Of a stretch of 58,116 bases of DNA, positions 45,108-53,941 are shown one piece after another. The stretch is from a virus: the UHGV virus genome UHGV-0195737; one strand, 5' to 3'. Under the pieces are notes generated by a model that ran no database searches, was not told the DNA's origin, and worked only from the letters and a program-made list of their open reading frames with translations. Numbering within the stretch: the first letter of the stretch is position 1; every line of letters begins with the position of its first letter. Made by a program: the position numbers and the translations under genes.

Positions 45108-45748
45108 TAATTAATCTCCCCGTTAAGCTCTTTTAAGCGAATGTCATAAACGTCTTTCGCTTTTTGTTGTTGTTCTGAATCTTTAGGCAGTAGCTTCCAG
45201 CACTTGCCGAAGATCTCGCGCAATTTGTTCGCGTCCGGCGCTTTCGCTGCCGCATCACAGAAACGTGCTAACACTTCATCAGGATTTGGTGGCGCTTTCT
45301 GCTGCTGCGGTTGTTGTTTTGGCGGGTTTTTCTGCTGGCGTGGCTGTTGATTTGTCTGTTTAGCATAAGCATCAGTATCAGCGTCTTTCGCGTCGTCTAT
45401 GCAGAATAAACCGTTCAAGGCATATTTCCGCGCGTAACTTGATGTTGCTCCTGTTAGCTGGCTTGCATCCATACCGCGCTTGTTTTCTTCCTCCCTTGCG
45501 TAAGCAGTTACCGCTATTGCGTCCTCGCCGTCGCTTAATGTCGCAGTGGCTTTAACGTAATAACGCTCACCAATCAGGATAATTTCATCATTCAGCGTTA
45601 GTGTGACATTTTGAAGTAGCGGTTTAACCGCTTCCAGAATATCCTCCGCTGAACGATAGCTATAACCCCCGAAGTTATTACGCTGATTCTTAGGCGCGTT
45701 AAGCGTCTGCTGAATCGTCCACAGTTTCTTGTGTAGCTCTGTTTTCAC
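45107..45748 (-). CDS. erf: Erf-family single-strand annealing protein
   Basis: GGYSYRSAEDI-type ERF signature; Gln/Pro-rich linker; GTG start with SD AAGGAG. Confidence 0.65.
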   Translation of the reverse strand: MKTELHKKLWTIQQTLNAPKNQRNNFGGYSYRSAEDILEAVKPLLQNVTLTLNDEIILIGERYYVKATATLSDGEDAIAVTAYAREEENKRGMDASQLTGATSSYARKYALNGLFCIDDAKDADTDAYAKQTNQQPRQQKNPPKQQPQQQKAPPNPDEVLARFCDAAAKAPDANKLREIFGKCWKLLPKDSEQQQKAKDVYDIRLKELNGEIN

Positions 45749-45858
45749 CCTTTAATCTCCTTCGCTGTTAATACCACATACAAGGCTTTATTCGCGGCGC
45801 TCCACATTTCGGCATCGTGAAGCATTTCCGCTACCGCCAGTTTGAATTGAAGCGCCTG
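45736..45858 (-). CDS. Hypothetical small protein (40 aa)
   Basis: Strong SD AGGAGGTGA; not in track. Confidence 0.35.
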
Positions 45859-45897
45859 GATAACCATAATGTCACCTCCTGTTGTTTACGTTATGTA

Positions 45898-46188
45898 TTA
45901 ATGGTATCGGACTTTATCGAGGGGTTTTTCCCCAAGCTGGCGCGGCTGCGTTGCGTGAAAGTAGTTGCCGCTTTCATTTTCCTGATACCATTTTGTTGCT
46001 CCCTTGCGACGTCCTTTAACGCTATTTGGTTCGCATTTTTCCTCATTTGCAAAGCGAATAGCTTTTTCCACTCTATCAACCTTCTGTATGTGCGGGCCTT
46101 CATCTTGCTCTGCTGCCCGTTTCATCCGTCGGCGGGCGCGGGCGTTAAGTTTGCTCTCACAGTTACCGTAAGTAATTTTCGCATTCAT
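45898..46188 (-). CDS. N: N-like transcription antiterminator
   Basis: Arg-rich motif ARARRRMKRAAEQ near N-terminus; resembles P22 gp24 as recalled; nut-like site upstream. Confidence 0.5.
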   Translation of the reverse strand: MNAKITYGNCESKLNARARRRMKRAAEQDEGPHIQKVDRVEKAIRFANEEKCEPNSVKGRRKGATKWYQENESGNYFHATQPRQLGEKPLDKVRYH

Positions 46189-46218
46189 AATCTTATTTCC
46201 TTAGTTGAAATTTATGTC

Positions 46219-46252
46219 TGCACATTTCAGTGCAACCGGATTGTTAAAGAGC
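46219..46252 (-). promoter_or_regulatory. nutL-like site (boxA + boxB hairpin)
   Basis: Minus strand reads GCTCTTTAACAAT (rrn/lambda boxA-like), then hairpin TGCAC-TGAAAT-GTGCA, about 30 nt before N start. Confidence 0.45.
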
Positions 46253-46417
46253 ATTTTCAAACTTCCTTTTTTCTACTGCCTTCCCTCCTTTGACTCGCAA
46301 TATACGCCCCGTGATATGTTGAGTCAATCCATTTTGTATACTTTTTTAAAATATTTTCTATCTCATTGATATTCAAACAATAAAAACTGTTTTCGGTTTA
46401 CGTTTTGGTGCTTTCCG

Positions 46418-46444
46418 GGCAAAGAAAAGCCGCCATCCGGCGGC
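46418..46444 (-). terminator. Terminator after repressor gene
   Basis: GCCGCC-GGAT-GGCGGC stem followed by TTTTCTTT on minus strand. Confidence 0.55.
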
Positions 46445-46450
46445 TAATGT

Positions 46451-47098
46451 TTATGGCAGGTTTACGATCTTTGCATCCACCACCACGCCAATAATTTTTG
46501 ATTCAGGGTTTAGCGGGATTGGTGGGTACAGCGGATTAAGCGAACGTAAAAGCCTTTGACCTCCATCAATGATTAACTGTTTAAACGTCGGCGTTTGCCC
46601 TTCCTCCAGTTGGGCTATAACCAGTTTGCCGTCAATAGCTGGCGCGTGCGGATCGACAAGTATCATCGTCCCTGCCGGGATACTTAATCCCTGCGGTGCG
46701 TTCATTGACTCACCTTTTGCGACCAGCCAATAACTATCATCCGAACAAATCACGCTCGTGTTAACGTGTGGTAGTAATGCGCGTTTTGCTTCTTCCATGT
46801 AGTTTCCTGCGTCTTTCCAGTCAATAACCGGATAACGTCCCACGTCGAGCGGCGGCGCTCCCGGCAACGTATTTGAAACTGAATCATCGATAACCATCCC
46901 GTCATGAGTGACCGTAAACTGCCGACGACCAAGCGCCCGCATAATCCGCGCAATATCTTCAAGATTTGGCTCGCGGCGACCATTCAGCCAGTGAGATAAG
47001 CCGCCTTTTGTGATCCCCATGAGATCCGCCAATGAATCCTGGCTCATGCCTTGCGCCCGCATGAGTTGTTTTGCTAAGTCATACCATTTTGTTTTCAT
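46451..47098 (-). CDS. CI-like repressor (HTH plus LexA-type S24 peptidase domain)
   Basis: N-terminal HTH (QDSLADLMGITKGGLSHWLNG); C-terminal AKGESM serine motif and downstream Lys. Confidence 0.75.
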   Translation of the reverse strand: MKTKWYDLAKQLMRAQGMSQDSLADLMGITKGGLSHWLNGRREPNLEDIARIMRALGRRQFTVTHDGMVIDDSVSNTLPGAPPLDVGRYPVIDWKDAGNYMEEAKRALLPHVNTSVICSDDSYWLVAKGESMNAPQGLSIPAGTMILVDPHAPAIDGKLVIAQLEEGQTPTFKQLIIDGGQRLLRSLNPLYPPIPLNPESKIIGVVVDAKIVNLP

Positions 47099-47126
47099 AT
47101 CGCTACCCTATCGCCCTAAAAAGTTT

Positions 47127-47222
47127 GATGCAAGTCACAAAATGTATTTTTCAAGCCTTGACCGAAAAACACCATTCTGTAAACTTGCAGACAAGGTAAA
47201 GCCGGACTTGCAAAGACGCAAG
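47127..47222. promoter_or_regulatory. Operator/divergent promoter region
   Basis: Inverted repeats TCAAGcCTTGA, CTTGcagaCAAG, CTTGCaaagacGCAAG, plus TGCAAGTCA/GACTTGCA pair. Confidence 0.4.
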
Positions 47223-47265
47223 AAAAAAGATGAGGGAATAGCACAAAAAGGCGCATACCTTAAAA

Positions 47266-47298
47266 GCTCTTTAAAAACCTGGTGTCGCTGCGAAGCGA
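47266..47298 (+). promoter_or_regulatory. nutR-like site (boxA + boxB hairpin)
   Basis: GCTCTTTAA then 10 nt then TCGCT-GCGA-AGCGA hairpin, upstream of the first plus-strand gene. Confidence 0.4.
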
Positions 47299-47405
47299 AA
47301 AACAAATATCACGCAACGGCGGGATCTGTTGAGCGGTCAATCACTGCTACCTAATGCTAATGGGATACCCGCCCGCGCGTTCATTTTAACCATAGGAGAA
47401 ACACA

Positions 47406-47660
47406 ATGAGTATGCACATGATGAATGAGGCTTGGAAAGTGGAACTTAACAGCCCGATTCAAAAACTTGTCTTAATGGCTCTGGCTGAAAAGGCAGATAA
47501 TCGCCGCCACGCCAGGGTATCACACCAAGAAATCGCAAAAATGTGTGAAATTCCTGTAAGTACGGTGATACTTGCTATCAACGGATTAACACACAAAGGA
47601 TTTATTTGTAACCCTTACCCGGTAAATGACGTTTACCTGGTAATGCTGCCGGAGGAATAG
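47406..47660 (+). CDS. Winged-helix regulatory protein (Cro/CII position)
   Basis: 84 aa; HTH-like segment SHQEIAKMCEIPVSTVILAINGL; first gene of rightward operon. Confidence 0.45.
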   Translation: MSMHMMNEAWKVELNSPIQKLVLMALAEKADNRRHARVSHQEIAKMCEIPVSTVILAINGLTHKGFICNPYPVNDVYLVMLPEE

Positions 47661-47662
47661 AA

Positions 47663-48775
47663 ATGAAGTGGTTTAAGCATGATAGCGATGCGAACCGCGA
47701 TGAAAAACTTCAAAACGTTTTGCTTGATTATGGCCTGGAAGGATACGGGCTTTATTGGTATTGCATCGAGTTAATAGCCTACGAAGTAGATCAACATAAT
47801 CTGACATTCGAACTAAAACACGATGCAAGAATCATTGCCCGGAACGTAGGATCAAGTCCGAAACGTGTAGAAGAAATGATGAGATACTTCATCGAAGTTG
47901 GCTTGTTCGACTGCTCACATGGCGTTGTAAGATGCCTGTCGTTAGCAAAAAGACTTGATCAATCAATGGCTTCGTCAAAAAGCGAATTTAGAGAGGCAAT
48001 TAAAAGGCTAAACGTCAAAAAAAATAAAAAGTTAGATAATCCTTTAGTGGAAGTAAATAATTCACCAGATACAGAAAAAGAAAAACCATGGCACAACCAT
48101 GATGCAGCCATGGCACAACCATGGCACAACCATGGATTAGAAGTAGAAGTAGAAGAAGAAATAGAAACAGAAGAAGAAAAGAAAAATATAAAAAGAAAAG
48201 AAGTCAATCAGGACGGTGACTTTCAGATAAGCGAATCTGCATTGCGTTGCCTGGCTTTCTACAACGAAAAGGCAGGATGCAAATGTCGTGATACTAAGCC
48301 ATTCATCGAACTACTGACAGAAACAAAAACACGTAAGGCATACACGGAGGATGAGATCACATTAGTAATTGAGTGGGCTTTGACGCAATGGCGTAGCCGT
48401 GGTGGAGTGCCTAAGCCTGTTAACATTTGCCGGGTAACTAAGTTTGATGGGTATCTGGCTGATGCTGAACAATGGCGCAAGCTGTCAGCTACTGTAAACG
48501 CTGCCGACGTGGTGGAAGCATTTAACAGCACGTTTGACGGCCTGTTACCACCTGCCGAACTGGATCGGGATATTGAACGTAAGATCCATTCGCTATCTGA
48601 CTACCTGAAAGACAAAAGCGTTGACAGCTTTATTGCTTACTTCCAGAAATTTAAAGCTGATGCGCCGAACTTCTATTTCGGTGAGAATGAAAGCGGCTGG
48701 CTGGCTGATATAGATTTTCTGTTGAAGCCGGAAACGCTCCGCAAGACGCGTAACTTCCAACATATACCATCATGA
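47663..48775 (+). CDS. Replication initiation protein (replisome organiser-like)
   Basis: 370 aa; N-terminal phage replisome-organiser-like region; iterons plus AT-rich tract inside the gene; upstream of DnaB. Confidence 0.6.
   Translation: MKWFKHDSDANRDEKLQNVLLDYGLEGYGLYWYCIELIAYEVDQHNLTFELKHDARIIARNVGSSPKRVEEMMRYFIEVGLFDCSHGVVRCLSLAKRLDQSMASSKSEFREAIKRLNVKKNKKLDNPLVEVNNSPDTEKEKPWHNHDAAMAQPWHNHGLEVEVEEEIETEEEKKNIKRKEVNQDGDFQISESALRCLAFYNEKAGCKCRDTKPFIELLTETKTRKAYTEDEITLVIEWALTQWRSRGGVPKPVNICRVTKFDGYLADAEQWRKLSATVNAADVVEAFNSTFDGLLPPAELDRDIERKIHSLSDYLKDKSVDSFIAYFQKFKADAPNFYFGENESGWLADIDFLLKPETLRKTRNFQHIPS
48086..48200. repeat. Putative origin: iterons plus AT/purine-rich tract
   Basis: CCATGGCACAA x3 plus degenerate copy, then GAAGTAGAAG...AAAAATATAAAAAG. 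Confidence 0.45.
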
Positions 48776-48899
48776 ATTACCAAAAATCCAAAATTACCCA
48801 CAAAACAAGCTCACCAGCGAGCTAAATCGCATTGGGTGCTACACTTGCTTACCTTTTTGCGATTAGCTCGTCAGAGAGCGTTACAGAGAGGATTTTAAA

Positions 48900-49001
48900 A
48901 TGGACGGTAAACACGTTTTCGCCCTGGCTTTTGCCATCGCTGCGGCAATCGCTGTTAACGTCGCCTTGTTCGGCGGTTTGTTCCTTCTAGTCAATCCATA
49001 A
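48900..49001 (+). CDS. Putative hydrophobic microprotein (33 aa)
   Basis: MDGKHVFALAFAIAAAIAVNVALFGGLFLLVNP; SD GAGAGG. Confidence 0.3.
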   Translation: MDGKHVFALAFAIAAAIAVNVALFGGLFLLVNP

Positions 49002-49133
49002 CCTACCTACCAGTCTGTAAATCGAAAATTAGCCACCTGATAGCGTTTCTGACGCAATAAGACACTGCAACCTGTGCAAACGGGTTACGCGGTGGGATTT
49101 TTGCGTTGTAGCGCGTTTTACGGAGAAATTACA

Positions 49134-49904
49134 ATGTCTGAATTAATGGTTTTTGATAACGTTAAAATGAATAGTATTGAAATTTCAGAGTTGGTTGGTA
49201 AGCGTCATGATAACGTAAAACGCACTATCGAGACGCTTGCTAATAATGGGATTATCCGACTTCCTCAAATTGAGGTTTTCGGAAAAATCAATAACTTAGG
49301 ATTGATTCGTGGCGTGGACGCTTACGTTTTTGAAGGGGAGGAAGGCAAGCGAGATAGTATTATTGTGGTCGCACAGCTTTGCCCTGAACTTACGGCGCGG
49401 ATCGTTGACCGCTGGCAGGAACTTGAAAACGCAGTCCGGCAAAATGCTGTTCCAAATTACGGTAACACACAGATCAGTAATGTTCTTGCTTTTGCTGAAA
49501 CGGCGGGCCGAATGCTGAATATGAGTAATTCAGGTAAGTTAGGTATGCTACAGAAGATTGAGAAGGAATATAATATTCCTCCTATCCTTCCGCATTACGC
49601 TATTGACGCTCCTTCTGATGCTGTGGACGGATCAAGCCGCGTGACCAAATCACTGACAGCATTGTTAGAAGAAAATAACGTTGGCATGACTGCGCGTGAA
49701 GTTTACCCAATCCTTGAACGCAAAGGCATTGTCGATCGCAAGTATCGTAAAGCAAAATGCGGAGAAAAAAGATTCTGGAATGTAACTGTGTATGGTCTGC
49801 GATACGGAAAAAATATAACCAACCCATCTAATCAGAGAGAAACACAGCCGCATTTTTATGAATCAAGATTTAAAGAGTTATTGAATATTATTTTTTCTGA
49901 ATGA
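49134..49904 (+). CDS. Rha-family phage regulatory protein
   Basis: N-terminal SELVGKRHDNVKRTIETL matches Rha family signature; SD GGAGAA. Confidence 0.6.
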   Translation: MSELMVFDNVKMNSIEISELVGKRHDNVKRTIETLANNGIIRLPQIEVFGKINNLGLIRGVDAYVFEGEEGKRDSIIVVAQLCPELTARIVDRWQELENAVRQNAVPNYGNTQISNVLAFAETAGRMLNMSNSGKLGMLQKIEKEYNIPPILPHYAIDAPSDAVDGSSRVTKSLTALLEENNVGMTAREVYPILERKGIVDRKYRKAKCGEKRFWNVTVYGLRYGKNITNPSNQRETQPHFYESRFKELLNIIFSE

Positions 49905-49937
49905 GTATACATTCCGTAAACCGGAGGAAATAACGTT

Positions 49938-51056
49938 ATGTCACAGAGAAAGATCAGCGATGAGCAACTGATCGCTGAGTACAACAAGGGGAAGACTTAC
50001 AAGCAAATAGCCGAAGAATATGGAATGGCAAAACGCAACGTCGAACGCCTGGGCGCACGGCTGGCTAAGCGCGGTTTAATATCCACGCGCCGCGCTCCTG
50101 GCTTCGGTGTTAACGGTGAATCATTGCTCGTTGATAAGGATGGCAATGTAATCATGCGCTGGATTAAAACGGCCCGTGACCGTGAGGAAATGGAAAGGCT
50201 AACGCAAGCGGCTTGCGACGCATTCACGGAAGAAATACCACGCGCGGAGGTAGTGCCAGTGCCGGAAATTGATTTCCAAAAAAGCCTGGCCCTTTATCCG
50301 GTATTCGATCTGCATATCGGGGCGCTTGCACATAAAGCTGAATGCGGAGAAAGCTACGACACCGGGATCGCCGAACGCGTGCTAAATGACTTCTTCGACT
50401 ACGCGGTAGGCGCTGCACCAACGTCTGAGAAGGCTGTTTTGCTTCTCGGAGGCGATCTACTTCACTCTGACGGGATGATCCCGGTTACACCGACAAGCGG
50501 GCATATTCTTGATCAGGATAGCCGCTACGCAAAACTTGTTTATGTGGCGATCCGGTCGGTCCGGCGTGCGGTGGGGAAAATGTTGTTAAACCATAAGGAC
50601 GTCGAGATACAAGTGTTATCCGGCAATCACGATCAGTCGGGGATGATCTGGCTACGTGCGGCGCTGGCGGCTTTTTACGAGGATGAACCGCGCGTAACGG
50701 TTGATGTATCACCTGCTATCGTCCACCACACGCAGTACGGTAAAACATTCCTTGCTTATCATCACGGGCACACCATCAAAAAACCCGAAAATTTGTTAGC
50801 TGCCTGTGTTTCTGACTGGCGGGAGGACTTCGGCAAGTCGGCGGCGGTTTACGCTCACACGGGGCATCTGCATCATCAATCTGTCGTAGAAACATCATTA
50901 GGGATCGTTGAGCACCACGGCACGTTAGCGGGTAAAGACGCTTATTCAACGAATGGCGGTTGGCGGTCGCGGCGGCTGGCGGCGGTGATAATTTACAGCC
51001 CGGATTATGGGGAAATCGGGCGCTTTGTTTATTACCCTGAATATTCCATTTTGTAA
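49938..51056 (+). CDS. HTH - metallophosphoesterase fusion protein
   Basis: N-terminal HTH (YKQIAEEYGMAKRNVERL); calcineurin-like phosphoesterase motifs DLH, GGDLLH, GNHD, HHGH, GHLHH. Confidence 0.55.
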   Translation: MSQRKISDEQLIAEYNKGKTYKQIAEEYGMAKRNVERLGARLAKRGLISTRRAPGFGVNGESLLVDKDGNVIMRWIKTARDREEMERLTQAACDAFTEEIPRAEVVPVPEIDFQKSLALYPVFDLHIGALAHKAECGESYDTGIAERVLNDFFDYAVGAAPTSEKAVLLLGGDLLHSDGMIPVTPTSGHILDQDSRYAKLVYVAIRSVRRAVGKMLLNHKDVEIQVLSGNHDQSGMIWLRAALAAFYEDEPRVTVDVSPAIVHHTQYGKTFLAYHHGHTIKKPENLLAACVSDWREDFGKSAAVYAHTGHLHHQSVVETSLGIVEHHGTLAGKDAYSTNGGWRSRRLAAVIIYSPDYGEIGRFVYYPEYSIL

Positions 51057-51074
51057 ACCGGAGGCGACGCCATA

Positions 51075-52496
51075 ATGATAACTGAGCAAGTAAACTCATT
51101 GCGGCAAGAAAGGGAATCGGCGGTTATTGGTGGACTTCTGTTAGGCGGGCTTACCCCTAACGCGCAAGATGTTCTTGCTACACTCGATCCAGAAGTTTTC
51201 ACTATTCCGCTATACAGACGGGCGTTCGAAATTATCCGGGCGCAAGCCAGAAACAGAAATCTCATCGATGCGTTATTGGTTGGCGATGAAATCGGTAACG
51301 AAAACTTCATACCGCTGATGCAAACGGCGCGATCGTGTCCTTCGGCTGCCAACCTGAAAGGGTATGCCGAATTATTGCAGGAAGAACACCAGCGGCGGCA
51401 AATGTTGGACCTGATAGAAGATATTCGCTACAAACTGGAAACGGGTACGCTTGAAGTTGTCAGGGAAACGATGAAAGATTTTGATTCCCGGTATTCAAAA
51501 TTAAAAGTAACGAAAGGCGAAATCCTCCCGGTGCTGTTGCGCGACGCGGTGCAGGAATACACGGAAGTGCTAAGTAAGCGCATGGAATGCGGCGTAAACT
51601 CCGACAACATCAAAACAGGGATTGACCCACTCGACGAAATGTTAGGCGGCATTAACGCCACTGATTTAGTGCTCATCGCCGGACGTCCGGGATCTGGTAA
51701 ATCGGCGTTAGCGTTGGCAATTGCCCGCGCGGCGGCTGAGAGACCTTACCCTGGCGGCGAAGGAAATCGTGTCGGTGTTTTGCTCTTTACGCTTGAAATG
51801 TCGCTCGATCAAATAACTGAGCGGGCCATCGCTGGTGCGGGGAATTTATCAACGGATTGTTTGCGTAATCCGGTAAAACTTGACGATGAGGGGTGGGCGC
51901 ACGTCGCCCAGGGTATGAGCGCCCTCGCCGATCTCGACGTATGGATTGTTGACGCATCGCAGTTAACGGTCGAGGAAATACGCGCCACCACCGAACGTAT
52001 GAAACAGGACCATCCCAACCTGGGAATGGTAATGATTGACTACATCGGGTTAATGAAGCTGGCTAAGGCCGAACGTCATGATCTTGCCGTAGGGCAATTG
52101 TCGCGGTCATTGAAAATGATGGCGAAGGAATTGCGCGTACCAGTGGCGGCGCTGGCGCAATTATCCCGCCGCGTTGAGGAACGACCGAACAAGCGCCCGA
52201 ACAATTCTGATCTGCGTGATTCCGGTAATCTGGAGCAAGATGCGGACCGGATCATCATGGTCTACCGTGATGGCTACTACAACGAACAATCTGTTGCCCG
52301 CGAATATATGGAGATCATCGTTTCAAAAAACCGTCACGGGAAAACGGGCACTGTTTACCAGCGGTTTGACGACAACGGCAATATCTTACCATGTGACCAG
52401 GCCCGCGCGGCGTCCGCTTGCATCCAGTCAATGCAACAACGTCCGGCGGCAAGCCGATTCTCCCCACGAAACAACCAGAATAACTCATCCTTTTAA
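51075..52496 (+). CDS. dnaB: Replicative DNA helicase (DnaB family)
   Basis: Walker A GRPGSGKS, Walker B LGMVMIDY; 473 aa. Confidence 0.85.
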   Translation: MITEQVNSLRQERESAVIGGLLLGGLTPNAQDVLATLDPEVFTIPLYRRAFEIIRAQARNRNLIDALLVGDEIGNENFIPLMQTARSCPSAANLKGYAELLQEEHQRRQMLDLIEDIRYKLETGTLEVVRETMKDFDSRYSKLKVTKGEILPVLLRDAVQEYTEVLSKRMECGVNSDNIKTGIDPLDEMLGGINATDLVLIAGRPGSGKSALALAIARAAAERPYPGGEGNRVGVLLFTLEMSLDQITERAIAGAGNLSTDCLRNPVKLDDEGWAHVAQGMSALADLDVWIVDASQLTVEEIRATTERMKQDHPNLGMVMIDYIGLMKLAKAERHDLAVGQLSRSLKMMAKELRVPVAALAQLSRRVEERPNKRPNNSDLRDSGNLEQDADRIIMVYRDGYYNEQSVAREYMEIIVSKNRHGKTGTVYQRFDDNGNILPCDQARAASACIQSMQQRPAASRFSPRNNQNNSSF

Positions 52497-52575
52497 TTAA
52501 CTTGAGTAAACGGCTTACCGGAAAGCTGACCGCTTTCTGGTGGCTGTTTTCGCGCTTAAATCGAGGCTAAAAACA

Positions 52576-53103
52576 ATGAAAACCACTTATAAAACACAAA
52601 TAGCGAATTTTTTACAGGATGCTACTGTCGCGGGTGAAGCAACAATCATTAAATCTATTCCAGGTCCTGAAATCGAGATTGTTAACAGTTTGCGTGATAT
52701 GGTTTCTGACGGCGCTATTATTCCTGTGGAAATGGGAGGACCACGGTTATCATATTGCTTGAAGTCAGTGCGCGAAATGGCAATAAAAAAAATCATGCCT
52801 TTATTTCTGAATAGTAGCGATTATTTTTCTGCTGAGGATGTTAAGAAGAAATTAAAACTCGAAATAAAACAGAGAAAAATCTGTCGGGTTTTAAAGATGT
52901 TAGGTAGTGAAAATTTATTAACTGTCAATAAATTTGACGGGAAATATTTTTTTAGATCAGCTCGCTTCTATGGTTGTTCAAGTCCTATCGTATTTGAATT
53001 TAACAGCCGCCTGAACGAATACCGGAAAAATAACGGCTTGTTACCGGATAAACCAGCATTTGAAATCGAAAAACTTAACGGTGAAACGGGGTTAGAATTA
53101 TGA
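52576..53103 (+). CDS. Hypothetical protein (AT-rich accessory gene)
   Basis: 176 aa from first ATG; markedly AT-rich relative to flanking replication genes. Confidence 0.4.
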   Translation: MKTTYKTQIANFLQDATVAGEATIIKSIPGPEIEIVNSLRDMVSDGAIIPVEMGGPRLSYCLKSVREMAIKKIMPLFLNSSDYFSAEDVKKKLKLEIKQRKICRVLKMLGSENLLTVNKFDGKYFFRSARFYGCSSPIVFEFNSRLNEYRKNNGLLPDKPAFEIEKLNGETGLEL

Positions 53104-53306
53104 GACGGGTAATCTTTTATTCAGTTGAAACATTCATTGATGAATCACATTTCCGTTTTCCATGCAATTCTTGTGGCGCAATGGTTTATACACCTCCGCT
53201 AATGCGCAAATACAGACACGTAAGATTTAGCTGGGCTTTCGTTCCAATTCGTGAGGCGTTGCGGGCGCTGCGTGGGGAATTAAGAAACACAATGCGGATT
53301 GTGTAA
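53100..53306 (+). CDS. Hypothetical small protein
   Basis: 68 aa; start overlaps upstream stop. Confidence 0.35.
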   Translation: MRRVIFYSVETFIDESHFRFPCNSCGAMVYTPPLMRKYRHVRFSWAFVPIREALRALRGELRNTMRIV

Positions 53307-53315
53307 GGGGGAGTT

Positions 53316-53513
53316 ATGAACAAGGATTTAGAATTGACCGTGGAGGATTTAAGCACTATTGCGGAATACAAGCGCCGCGGTGATCCTGATATGCCTGTTA
53401 CGGTTGATATGGAATATTTAAAAGGCGCTTTTATGACAAGCTCGCGGCTAATTTCTTTGCAGGCGATTATGTACGCGCGCGCACAATGGAAAAATAGCAA
53501 CGGTGTATTATGA
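53316..53513 (+). CDS. Hypothetical small protein
   Basis: 65 aa; SD GGGGAG. Confidence 0.4.
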   Translation: MNKDLELTVEDLSTIAEYKRRGDPDMPVTVDMEYLKGAFMTSSRLISLQAIMYARAQWKNSNGVL

Positions 53514-53941
53514 GGCAAATTAGATTTGAGATAGTTAACGACGCCGTGAAAGAAAATGCTATCAGGCAGATAAGGGAGATCCAGCCTGATAGCAAAAGCC
53601 CGCTGATAATTACCATTCAGGAGAAAACCCGCTCACTGAGTCAAAATGCGTTGTTATGGGCGCTACTAACCGATGTTAGCGATCAGGTTAACTGGTACGG
53701 CAAGAAGCTGTCGCCGGAAGACTGGAAAGCAGTATTTACTGCCGGGCTTAAGAAATATGGCGTCGTCCCCAATCTGGATAAATCCGGCTTCGTTGTATTG
53801 GGAACATCCACCAGTCGAATGAGTAAATCAGAATTCAGCGAACTAATCGAATTGATTTATTCGTTCGGCGCGGAGCATGGCGTTCAGTGGTCAGGTGATA
53901 CGAAATTAAACGAGGAATTTATAAAACGCTGGGGGCAATAA
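53510..53941 (+). CDS. ninB: NinB/Orf-family recombination mediator
   Basis: RSLSQNALLWALLTDVSDQ and SPEDWK motifs typical of NinB. Confidence 0.65.
   Translation: MRQIRFEIVNDAVKENAIRQIREIQPDSKSPLIITIQEKTRSLSQNALLWALLTDVSDQVNWYGKKLSPEDWKAVFTAGLKKYGVVPNLDKSGFVVLGTSTSRMSKSEFSELIELIYSFGAEHGVQWSGDTKLNEEFIKRWGQ

Noticed and set aside
47010-47354. 114-aa plus-strand ORF across the operator region
   Set aside because: Overlaps the repressor 5' end and the operator/nut region; explained by regulatory DNA.
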